64,000 nt of DNA from Halocafeteria seosinensis (Eukaryota): assembly GCA_001687465.1 (NCBI GenBank), contig LVLI01000094.1:1-64000 (forward strand), in the 5' to 3' direction. Position numbers and translations under genes: made by a program. Below the pieces are notes generated by a model. That model did no database searches. It was given only the letters and a program-made list of their open reading frames with translations, and was not told the DNA's origin. Positions 1 to 10,865 of this stretch are shown here, in pieces; the stretch's first letter is position 1, and every line of letters begins with the position of its first letter.

Positions 1-339
1 GAGCTGTATGATAGGCCGTCTAATCTAAGGGTAACGGATCCGGTCTTGTTTGTCAGGGATCTTCGATTGCGCCTAAGCTGTTCGGTGCAGCGGAGCAACT
101 GCAGAATGCTGCGCAAGTGGTTGCATTTAGTAATGCCCAATACGGCGTACGAAGGGAGGCGTAGCCTCGGCTAACGGGTACTTACTATAGTTGAAGTTGA
201 ATACACACACTCAGGTTTGAAATTATTAGGGAGGGATATTCACGCTTCCCTCCACGAATAACCTCTTCAACCTTTTTGTTCCCCTATCATTCCCCTTCTC
301 TAAGCCAGCACAGCTCCATTTCGGTTCATTGGTTATCAT

Positions 340-1310
340 ATTTGCCGGTGGGCCATAAATATGGTACACATACTACTATACAATCTATTGAAGAAGATAA
401 GCGAGGAGCTTGGAAACTGCGTTTTGATTTCAGCGGGACATAATGGAACACTGGACAAGAATCAGAATCCGAGGGTCGGTCGACATTACAATCAAATGTA
501 CAATGAATCAATGATTACAGTACCGTACGTTGTACAGCTGCTGCTGCAGCTGCTGTACGCGGAATAGGATGCGGTCAACTTCCCGGCCGGTGGGCTACAT
601 CTGTCACATTTGTGTGTGTGCTTTCATAGATACCATAATGGTAATGCACATTAGATCAGAACGCCGCCGATATTGCTGAACCTCTCTGGAGAAATTTCAA
701 AGCCGTTGCGTAGCTACGGGAAGAAAAACTACCAGTATTGAAGTATCTACTGTATACAAGGTATCGTCTTACTGTATTTATTCCTCTTCCTGATGGCTGA
801 ATTCCTCCCGGAAGCTGTCTAACAGTTTTATTTTTCCCCTCATCATGCCTCATCAAGGTGAGGCCCTACCGTGAGGGTTCCTGAGGGACAACTTGGCTGT
901 CATCAGTTTGCGGAAATTCCTTGCCTCCCTTGTACCCCATCTGGAAGTCTACCTTCTATGTACTGATCTCCTTACGGATGCTAATAGTATTGATAAACGC
1001 CCAAAAGACGAAGACGATGACGACGAAACGGAGGATACAAAAGATGATAAGGGAGCTAAGACTATGAAAGGTGATCTTAACCAACAATTAGACAAGCAAT
1101 TACAAGATGAAAATCCTGACTGAAGCATGGAGAGAAACAACCACAAAACAAAAAAAAAACTCATACGACTATTGAAACATGACGGATAGCAGAATCTAAG
1201 CAGATGCCGAACATGAAAACAACAACACCCAGAAGAAGCAGATGATGACGAGGATGAAGTTGAAAGCGCAACTGACGAAGAGGACAATACAGGAGGCTGC
1301 TTTATACCAC
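340..1310 (+). pseudogene. Decayed spliced gene of unknown family with an acidic C-terminal region
   Basis: A GT...CTAACAG intron-like segment (761-825) joins ...KYLLYT to SFIFPLIMPHQGEALP*GFLRDNLAVISLRKFL...DEDDDDETED in frame. There are several internal stops, and a repeat copy lies within the span at 567-620. Confidence 0.4.
567..620 (+). mobile_element. Copy 1 of a short interspersed element (GC-rich palindromic core plus (TG)n end)
   Basis: aggatgcggtcaacttcccggccggtgggctacatctgtcacatttgtgtgtgtg is nearly identical to 57806-57860. Confidence 0.7.
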
Positions 1311-1444
1311 ATCCCCGAAGTATGCTCCGTTTATTGAAATAATTTTATCGTCATTTTTTGTTTTATCCCCTTAATTCCTTTACTTCATTTCCCCCCAAAA
1401 TCTCCCTTAGTGACTATATTACTTTTTTTTATATTTAATTTTTT

Positions 1445-2245
1445 GCTGTCCATATATTGCAGGGACAAATCATAGGAGAATGTTTTACCGCAAAATAGGG
1501 ACACCCTAAAATCCATAACTATTACTCCACTAATAGTTATTGTTTCTTATCACTTTTTAAAAATCTCCGTAATACATTATCTAGCCTATATCACTTTTTA
1601 TAATATTTAATTTTTGCTGTCCATATTTTGCAGGGACAAATCATAGGAGAATGTTTTACCGCAAAATAGGGACACCTATTTTCTCACTAAATACTCTCTC
1701 TTTGATAGTCATTCTTTTTATGCCCCAAAATACCATTTTCTTTTTTTTTTATTAAAATGTTATCTTTCCTTTTTTTTTTTTCAAAAACTCTATATAAATT
1801 AGCTTTTTTATTATGATTTATGCTGTCCATATTTTGCAGGGACAAATCATAGAAGAATGTTTTACCGCAAAATAGGGACACCCTAAAATCCATAACTATT
1901 ACTCCACCTCACCAATAGTTATTGTTTCTTATCACTTTTTATTTCTACACCAATAATACATATTTTAGCTCCGATATGACTTTTGTATGTTGAAATTCTT
2001 GCTGTCGATATATTGCAGGAACAAATCATAGGAGAATGTTTCACCGCAAAATAGGGACACCCTTTTTTCCATAACTATTGCTCACTCACTAATGGTTATT
2101 GTTTTTTCTGTATCACTTTTTAGTTTCTGCCCTAAATACATATATGAGATCCTATATCACTTTTGTATGTTGAATTTTTACTGTCCATATATTGCAGGGA
2201 CAAATCATATAGAATTTTTCACTGCAAAATAGGCACACCCTAAAA
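1445..2245. repeat. AT-rich diverged tandem repeat, 5 units of about 171-206 bp
   Basis: The core (g/a)ctgtccatat(a/t)ttgcagggacaaatcataggagaatgttttaccgcaaaatagggacacc starts at about 1445, 1616, 1822, 2001 and 2180. The linkers are T-rich and partly related to each other. Confidence 0.92.
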
Positions 2246-2492
2246 CCTCTTATCTATGGCGATCTCCTCTCTTCCATATGCCGTTATCCTCTGACGCAGA
2301 AAAGTATTGTTTCTTTCTCAAAAGTAAAGGACTTTATATTATTTCTTCTTCAAAAACTAACCATATTATTTTTACCTAATATATCATTCCTAAATTCTCA
2401 AAATATGAATTTCAAAAAATTTAATCCAAATATAGATTTTATTTTTTCCAAATGTAAATTTTATTTTCCATTATTCATCCAAATTTATTTTC

Positions 2493-2540
2493 TATCTCCC
2501 GCGAATCGTAAAACAATTGCTTTACGATTCGCGGGAGATA
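2493..2540. repeat. 48-bp near-perfect palindrome
   Basis: tatctcccgcgaatcgtaaa-a-caattg-c-tttacgattcgcgggagata: perfect 20-bp arms, a palindromic CAATTG centre and one mismatched pair. Confidence 0.95.
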
Positions 2541-2929
2541 CGTGTATGTGTAATGCATGTAAGTGAGGAATTGTACGTAATTACGGAAGGACTTCTTAGG
2601 AGTACTCGTATACACAAGCTAATGGATGGATTCATTCAATGAGAAATGTAGAAATCGCGGAGCCGTCGCATTTCAAAATAAACAATGCCGGTAGGAAACA
2701 TACCGATAATTCTGGGTACAGTGTGGGTAGCTCTAACAGTTAGGTGCCTTCTAGCTCTGATCAGAACAAAATTTAACAGTAAGTAGAGAAAAGCACAATT
2801 TGTGATTGAAACAACACGGCAACGGTAGAGCGACTACTCTCAAATGCATGAACGCAGACGCAAACGGGTCAGCAGCTTTTGTTTGTGCTTCCTACGTAGT
2901 AGTGTGTATTATTTATGGCTTAACGGCTA

Positions 2930-3420
2930 AGTGGAAATGTTTACATGCGAGTAATAAATGATAAGATGGAATAGCAATGTAACCGGAAAATAAAGTTGTA
3001 GGATGCGCGGCAATTCTTCGATAATGTCCATTTTGTGGCCTTCCTGTAAGTGAGAAGAACACGCGAACTCGGGGATATTTTGAGTATCAAACTTAAGCAA
3101 GTAGTGTGTGGTGTGTCGAAAACCACATCCACTGTCTTGAGAGCACGAAACTCGGTACCACCCCATTTCTGCAGCGTTTCTAAAAAGGAAAGGGTTTTTT
3201 AATGCTGTCAGACTTTGTTGGCTGCAGTCCCGGCAGACTATGTCTTAAGGCCACGGGATGATGTACCTTGTACAAGTTGTACCAGTGGTAACTTTGCTTC
3301 GCCAGCAACAATGAGGAGCTTATGTTGCGATGGAGTTCCGGTGTCCTTTATTAAGACAGAGTTTTCAGTGTCCTATGATGGACGCGCTTCGTGAAGCAGG
3401 GAAGCGTAAGTCATCGGTTG
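2930..3420 (-). pseudogene. Degenerate, rearranged second copy of the sulfotransferase-like gene
   Basis: 3040-3180 aligns directly with 4590-4725 (VDVVFDTP...SRVLLTYR versus VDVVSDAP...ARVLLTLR). 3295-3405 aligns with about 4860-4990 in inverted orientation. Confidence 0.6.
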
Positions 3421-3925
3421 GTAACAAAGGCAGTGTAAGGAACCGTTTCCAAGATGAAGCGTCCCAGATACTATAGCTAAATGTTATACGTCGAAAATGT
3501 ACATCTCATCAGGTGGTGTTTGTGCTATTTGGTAAAGCCTCGTCATTTTCATACAATTATTGTTGCTCCATTTCGCGATCATATTCCTTAATCACTGCAA
3601 AAATACCCCCTGCATGTGGAGTATCTATGCGTGCGGGATGAGCTTTCCACGGTACTGGGAAACCGTCCTCTCCCCATCTCAGTTGCCACGGAATGGGTTT
3701 GATAGGCACACTTTGAATTTATCCTGCTATGGAAACAACGCTGATCAGCTCTTAGGATAGTTTTCATGGGAGTTTTGACACCTGGATAAATTGGATAGTT
3801 CTGCGGGGTCTGTGGCCAGAGAACATACCAGAGCCAGTCCGGTTTTACGGGAACTGCTATCCGGCGGTGCCCACAAGACGGCGCCACTACATGTAATGCT
3901 CACCAAACAATTCCAAGCTTTGATC

Positions 3926-4061
3926 CACTCACACCTGCTGATAACAACGAATGTCCAACAGTGAGCAAAAACTAAAAAGTACCACTGGACACTCACACCT
4001 GCTGATAACAACGAATGTCCAACAGTTAATTACAGAGCAGAAATTAAAAAGTACCACTGGA
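3926..4061. repeat. Two-copy 64-bp tandem duplication
   Basis: cactcacacctgctgataacaacgaatgtccaacagt...aaaaagtaccactgga occurs at 3926 and 3990. Confidence 0.9.
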
Positions 4062-4260
4062 TACAACCCAGATGGATTTGAGACGGGGGCTATTTTTGAA
4101 AGTTGAAAATAAAAAAGGGGTACTTTTGAAATTTTCCATTCGTTTTTTATTCGTATTCGGTGGCTCGTTAGCCAAGAATCCATGCCATGATACTCTATGT
4201 CTCAACTGGCGCCACTGTTTGACATCACGGGGTTGCCTACACCCCACTTCCCAGACGCCA

Positions 4261-5120
4261 CTAATGGCTGGGCTCACAGCCAGGAAAAGATGAGTTAGGA
4301 ATTTTCGACACTTCGGCAAATGATGCAAGGTCCCTCCATAAGTTATGACTGTGGCAATTGTACATCCAAACATTCATATAGTAGAAAGGGTGGTCAGACG
4401 CCAGACACGTCGCGGCGAGGTTATGAAGCCCGAACAAGTAAGCAGCCGCAACCGGGACGACAGATTTTGCCTGTAGTTCCGCCGTTGGAACAAACATACC
4501 GTTTTTTCTCCTCTGGGGAACTGCCGCGGACAACACGGAAAGCAAAACTATGGGATGGGCAGTAATTCTTCTATATGCCCAGTCTCTAGCATTCCTTAAA
4601 GTGAGAAGAACACGGGCGTTCGGGAATACCTTCAGAAGAAAAGGTAAGTAAAAATAATATGGTGCGTCGGAAACCACATCCACTGCCTCGAGAGCAAGGA
4701 AATCCATTTTCGCAGCGTTTTCAAACCTTCCAGAGAATAACGCCTGGAAGAGCTTTAGTATTATTTCCCGACTTTGCTCACTGCAGTTCGGACAAACAAG
4801 TTTTCGGAAGTGCACGGTACTATTTCCAAGTTTACTTAAACCGCGGATACGTGTGCTTTACCTGCTTCTCGAAATGAGTCAATCCTCATGGAGTTTTGTT
4901 CCCAATTAAAGGACATTCAAAGGTCTGTCTTAACGACAGACATTCAAACTCCGTCCCAACATAAGCTCCTCATTATTGCTGGAGAAGGGGTACCAGGTCC
5001 CTTCTGCTGTCCCTTGGCCAGCTGGTTTTCCCACCTGGTAGTATTTACAACGGAAGGGGGCAAGCCAATATCCGATTATTGCAACGTCGAAAACACACAT
5101 AATATACCAATTGTACCACA
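4261..5120 (-). pseudogene. Sulfotransferase-family (Sulfotransfer_4-like) gene, probably disrupted
   Basis: ORF 4261-4815 contains VDVVSDAPYYFYLPFLLKVFPNARVLLTLRNARDW, the typical D-x-P...P-x-A-x-V-x-LT-x-R...W signature. The 5' part has stops and frameshifts. Confidence 0.6.
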
Positions 5121-5859
5121 CAGTGTTGCGAGTGATACTACTACAGTATTGCTTGTGGTATATTAACGTTGCTCCAGATCGTATGTCTCTCTCCGGCGGT
5201 TGCCATCGGTCTCCACCCGCTAGGGCTATCCTGGGCCGGAGGTGCTGTCTGCTTCTCCATCTTTACTCTAGTTAATGGAATACCCTGGCGCAGTCAATAG
5301 GGGCATATATACCGGGTCCCTTGGTGAGTGAGTGCGGCGGACAAAGTCTATTTGTACTATCTGATCTGTACTCCAAGGATTCACCGCCGTGAATCGATAT
5401 AAGCTCCCTTTACAATAATAAACTCCAACAACACCAATTTCATCAAAGCAACGGGCTACTACATGTTGGCAAGATCTTAGTACAGTAGGCCAAGTAACGA
5501 TTCTCTCGCAGAGACTCGCTGTTCCTGTGAAGTTCCGAGATGGGTTGAGCGACGAAGTGGCACAGTCTAAGCCATGGGAGAACTTTCCAAGGCACATGTG
5601 CAATAAATTATATGCTATCCTCTCATGTCTTTGTACATTGGTTGAATTGTACGTGTATAATTCACCAATTGACTTACTTCAATTTGCCAGAGCCGAATAG
5701 CCGAATCAGCTTCAGTATTGTCAATCTACCGAGGGCATTTTGTGGAAACGACAGTCGTAAAGAGGAATACAAAGTATTGATTTGATTCTACCTTGCTGCG
5801 GGAATATTGCTGGTAAGCTCCTTATATAGTTCGGGTAGTCCTCGAGGATCAGAGAGATC

Positions 5860-8800
5860 ATGCAGGAGCCATGGCAGCAGTGTGGTGACGATGATCCGCT
5901 TGAGGGCTCTCAAAAAGGAATACAGGGAACAGCTGCATCGTCTCATAGTTTCCATGCCACCGGATCGTCGAAAGACTCGAGGGGAGGTCGGCGATCCTCG
6001 AAAACACCGACGTGGTGCGCAAAACACAGTGGGCTTGAACGCGTCAGTCGCATAGCTTACGGATTCAGAGAATCGTCGTCGGAGAAGAGTGGTTCAAGCA
6101 CACCCTCCCGTAGCAGCTTGGCCAGTCGCTCGACGAGTGATCTCACAGTGGAACGATCTTCCTCTCGACAGAGTGAGATCACTGAAAAGGATTCCTCTTC
6201 AACCAAACAGATAGACAGAGAGGCAAGGGAATATCCGGATTCCATGAGCTTCCGACTGGGACTCCCATTTCGCTGGACACCAATCCCCGAAGGTCGAAGT
6301 TCTGGGTCCTCCCGGCATAAAAAAGAAAGAGGGTCCCATGACCTAGGGCCGGAGCTGCGCTTAAACAAGCATAATATTTCCGAAGGATATACCCCTCCCC
6401 TACCTCCTTGGAAATATGAATTCCCTTCTTTTTTTGGAGAATCAAAGACGCGAAAGTTTTTGGCCAAAGTGTGCACGGATATGAGTGACGTCCGTCAACG
6501 GAAAAGCCAGTTTACTAATGAGTTCCTCCATATTCTTCGAAACCGTTGCAAGCCAGTGAAGAGTTCGCAAGATACATGGGCTAAGGACTGGATACACAAA
6601 TACGTAGAATCAATTCGGACACAAGGGCTTGACGAGTCTCAAATTAACAATGCCCCAATAAGGATCGAAGACAGGGCGAGTATCATAGATGCCTACATGG
6701 CAAAAGCGTCGTCTCACGAGGACGTTAAATCCATGCTCCAATGCATACCGGTGTATAATCCCAGGAAAATGATGCTGCACATCTTTGAGGGAGGCTGCGC
6801 CCCTTCAGATAGCCATGATGCTTTGACCATAACTAACGTTTCAGAAATTAGGGAAAGCGGGATTCTGTGGGGGCTTCGCAAGAATTGTGGCCAAAATGCT
6901 TCTAATTCCCTCCTGCAGTTGATTTTCTTTCCCGCTCAGCTGTCAGTATTTTACAGCCAGTTTGAACGCACTTGGTTACGACTAGCTTCCTATCTCGAAC
7001 TTGGTCAAATAGATAGTGCTGATTCTCGCGGCGCCTTTCATAGAATGCTCAACGTGCGAAAATTTCGCCTCATCAATGCGTCCAAGAGAGAATCCACCAA
7101 AACAGAAGAGCTGGTGCCTAAAACAAGCTCCGAGTGGTGTGGTGAAAGAATTGAAGACTTTACCAAAGGATTTTTGCTTGGAATACGCTTTATCCTTTCG
7201 GAATTGTTTTCTCAGGTTCGCGAATCTCTCCCTGCGCCATGGAGCGAAATAGTGTCTGCAAAACTCTCCCGGAAGCGAAGACGGTCAAATAGTGATTCGA
7301 TGGAGCGAACGGGCCAAAAGCGAAATCGATCCGATAGCGAAGTTAGTCAAAGCTCAACTATGTGCAACTCGGATAGGCTAAACATGGACAAAGGCCACAG
7401 TTGTATGCAACAGACGAAGTTTCACGGTTTGATGCTCGTTGGAAATAGCGATATTGTTAACCCTCTGGAAAGGAACAGCATTTACAGGGCAATTTCGGAG
7501 TTGGTACCCCGAGACAACGCACTCCTTGAACAGCAGCTCAAGCAGCTGCAAGAAGCTGTAGAGTTGGAACGAAATAGCGGAGGCAGGCGACGCTCTTCCA
7601 GTATGGACTATCTCGGGTCGAGTCCTTCTAGTCTAACTCCGGTCTATTCTCAGCTTCCATGGGCTACCCCAACATTCCCTTTTGAGACAGAAAGTCCAAG
7701 CGCCACAGATGAATTGCGAGAATCTTTTCCAACAGAATATCGTAGCCATGGAGATGAAGATGGGAGCCGAAACGTCGCCCTCCAACATATTCGTGAGCTG
7801 AAACAGAAGGTAGCGAATAACATATGCTATAAGAACAGTGCGGGATCATTGTATCGTCAGTTTTCTTTTGCTGTTCAAGCGTTAAAAGAGCAATACAGGA
7901 TTGGACACTTGTCTCCTAGAACAACGTTACGTGGTTTGCTTGGGCTCGTCCGCATGACTTGGGATGCCACAATGCGTTTGTGCCGCGCTGCTTATTGTGC
8001 ACCAGCTCAAGTGACCGCTAAAATTAGAGAGAGTGACAAATTTCCTAATGATTCTCTCAATGAAAAGTCGCAGCTGATGCTTTCTGTTGCAGAAATCTTT
8101 TCGGATGTCACATCTGAAGTGTTGTCTGTAGTGGAAGTCTTTCTCCTGGAAGTTATCTTTAGTGCCAAGGTTTCGCGGGAAGCAATTTCCTGCTTGGTCC
8201 GAGTGCTTCGAGAACTAGACAGACTGTGCGGAAAGGCGTTAGGGTTCGATGTGACCGAAATTGAGACAATTCAAGGTGACTCCCAAGACCCCTCCCGATG
8301 GTCTGCTCTTCTTGGCGAAAAAGTGTCAAATGCGGCATGTCTGTTGCAGCTACGTCGACGACTCGTCTGTTGCGTAGAGCGGCTCATATCAAAGAACCCT
8401 CACATTTGGTGCTTTTGTTTTCCCAACACACAACAGCTGACGGAGCTTCCGAAAGAACTCTTTGAACCTTCGCTTTTATGGGAAGTTGTTTCCTCGGGGC
8501 CAAAAAATAAGAAAGAGTATACCTATGTAAATGGTGTTCTAGCTTCTGCTTCATGGAGACAGTACACTGCCGGAAACTACGGGCTATTCTGGGATTTTTC
8601 TGTCCATCCCGGTGCAGCTGCGAACAAAAGAAATACTGTCACGTTGGAGCTAAGAGTAAAGTTGCAAGAAATTGGTGGCTGTTTCCAGTGGCTAAACAGC
8701 AATTCGTCAATATGGAGAGAAGCAAGCACTAAAGAGTTGCACATAGCTATACTCTTTGGCAGTGTCTGTGGCGTTGCTTCCCGAAGATCCGAACTACAGA

Positions 8801-10400
8801 GCTGGACGGAAATGTGTCCTTTCCTGCCTTGTACAATGGGAGCCAGTATGCTGCTCGGGATGGTAATGAACGGTTGGGTATATCACCGCGCTCTATCTGC
8901 AGAATTTGTTTGCAAACTGTGCCGTACACACTTCTATTGGATGCGCTCGTTTTTCCTTTGGTGGTCTAGAGTGCTAGCGTCTCCTGAATTTCTAGAGTCA
9001 TTCCAAGGGTTCACTCAAATCGACTGGGACAGTCGTATTAACGAATATTCATTTTCCGGAGAGTCTAGGGAGTTGGACTTATGGCTGCAGCTCTTAATCA
9101 CAGCCGTGAACTCTGCACTTCGTAGTGCAGTCATTTCACTAAATACTGAACAAACGCTGGATATGGTGCTACTTCATGGCTACAAACTTGCAAGTGCAAT
9201 CGCGTGGGCGCTCCTGGAAGGAAAAGATTTCGAGGCAGTTCGGCAATATCTCAAGTTTCTCAAGTCCAAACTGTCACCTAATGCCAATGAGTCTAAGAAG
9301 GAAACTGCTCGTGACCTCGCATTCCACTATCTGCTACTGGCTGTTTTGGAAACCCGCGCTTCCGAGCATCACCTGTCCGAGATGCCTGTCAATGTCAAGA
9401 ACCTCATGGATGTTGATTATGGCTATTTGGATTCATCCTTTTATGCAAGCATACAAGATGTAATACGCAAACATGAACTCTTGGAGGATCTGGAGAGAAG
9501 CCCGGGGGTTGAAACAGACTCTTCAGAGACTTGCGATACTACGCTAAGCATTTTCAACTCTGTCGCTTCTTACAGCGAAAGTAAGTATTCAGACAATGAA
9601 TGCGGTAGTGTCGATGCCCTTGGGCAGTCTTTTGATGGTCCATCTTGTTGTCGTATCGTTGAGAGTCTTGGCTACCGTAGGGCACGTTTGCACCCGATGA
9701 CACCCGGAGATGAAACGGGACTTGAACTCAGTTGTGAGTGCGTCCTGGGCATCTCCATTCTTCAGACCCTTGACGAACATCAGTCTTTCTGCTTGAAGCA
9801 AAGTATTCTTTATCTACTCGTAGCTATCCTGTCCTCTGGAGAGAACAGCTCTACCCCGGCTGGTAATGGAGACTCAAGCGTAGTGGCTGCCCTAAGGAAT
9901 GCGATGGTTCGTCTCGTAAATTCCACTACAACCGTTCAACATTGGCCAATTTCCCAGCAGCAGGTATGTTGTTATAATTACCACGATTTGCTCCTTGTTT
10001 TCTCTACATTATGGAAATGGTTTCTTAAAACTGAATCTGTCTTCCCCATGTGCAGTTGCTCCTGTATCTCATACAACGCCTCCAGGAGAGTCCTCATCAT
10101 GCCCTCTTCGATAAACCTCGTCTGAGAAAACTTTGTACACGATACGCGGAAGCGTCTCCGGAAACTATGAATGGCCAATCACTAAGTTACAAACGTCCTT
10201 ACTCTTTCCTTGTGTCCGCCGCACCGAAACCGAAAAACATTCCAGAACTATTCTTGCAACTCGTGACACACCAAGAGGACGATACGCTTTTCTCGATGTA
10301 CAAGACGACCGAGTACGTTCAACATGATGAAAATAACCCCTCCACTGATTGCAGCGAAGGGAAGATAGAAGACCCTCTCCGGTATGCATTCATTCAGTGA
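5860..10400 (+). CDS. Large hypothetical protein (about 1480 aa), Ser/Arg-rich N-terminus and a probably alpha-helical body
   Basis: 1421-aa ORF. A phase-0 intron at 9964-10055 (GTATGT...TGCAG) joins it in frame to ORF 10050-10400. No family recognised. Confidence 0.8.
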
Positions 10401-10865
10401 ATGGAATCTACCATAGTTTTATCCATCGATGACGGATTCCTAGCAAAAAATAAGATGAATAAAACAGTTATCTTGTCTGCTTCCAACCATATCTTCGCTT
10501 GCGTCTCCGCTTCCACACACAAAGCTTTGCTTCGGTTTGCTTCGTAGCGCTTCGCCAACCCTGGGGTCCCTATCCTGTAGTTCAGAATTCCTCCCAGTCC
10601 GGGCTGGGGGCCCGGACTGGGTGGTAGACAGACACACAGCGAGGGAGTATACCATACATTGCATCGCCGCTATACGATATTTAATGATAAAGTAGAAGGC
10701 GCCGCCGTATTTGCCTGTCTGTCTTGTATGCAAGTTTTTGGCTGGATGGGAGATTGTATAACAAGAGATTGGGCGGTATTCCAAAATTCCAATTCTTCGT
10801 GTTCATTGAATTCCTTTCTTCCATTATATACACTCTAACATAGATATTCTCTCTAGCACGCCAAG

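Noticed and set aside
660..960. hAT transposase dimerisation-domain remnant (IPPGSC...RDNL)
   Set aside because: The resemblance depends on translating through what looks like a GT...CTAACAG intron, and no TIRs or 8-bp TSD were found.
1445..2245. CRISPR-like repeat/spacer array
   Set aside because: The repeats are about 62 bp, the linkers exceed 100 bp and are related to each other, there are no cas genes, and the context is eukaryotic.
2493..2560. Canonical Helitron 3' end
   Set aside because: No CTRR terminus follows the hairpin on either strand and no Rep/helicase ORF is in the window. Kept only as an open possibility.
4810..4852. PAPS-binding loop RIRGLSKLGNST upstream of the sulfotransferase ORF
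   Set aside because: It may lie in an intron (GAAGCAG|GTAAAG just upstream) and is not evident in the second copy, so it was not used as evidence.
5200..5800. Possible gene fragments
   Set aside because: Only short ORFs with no recognisable motif or coherent splice model.
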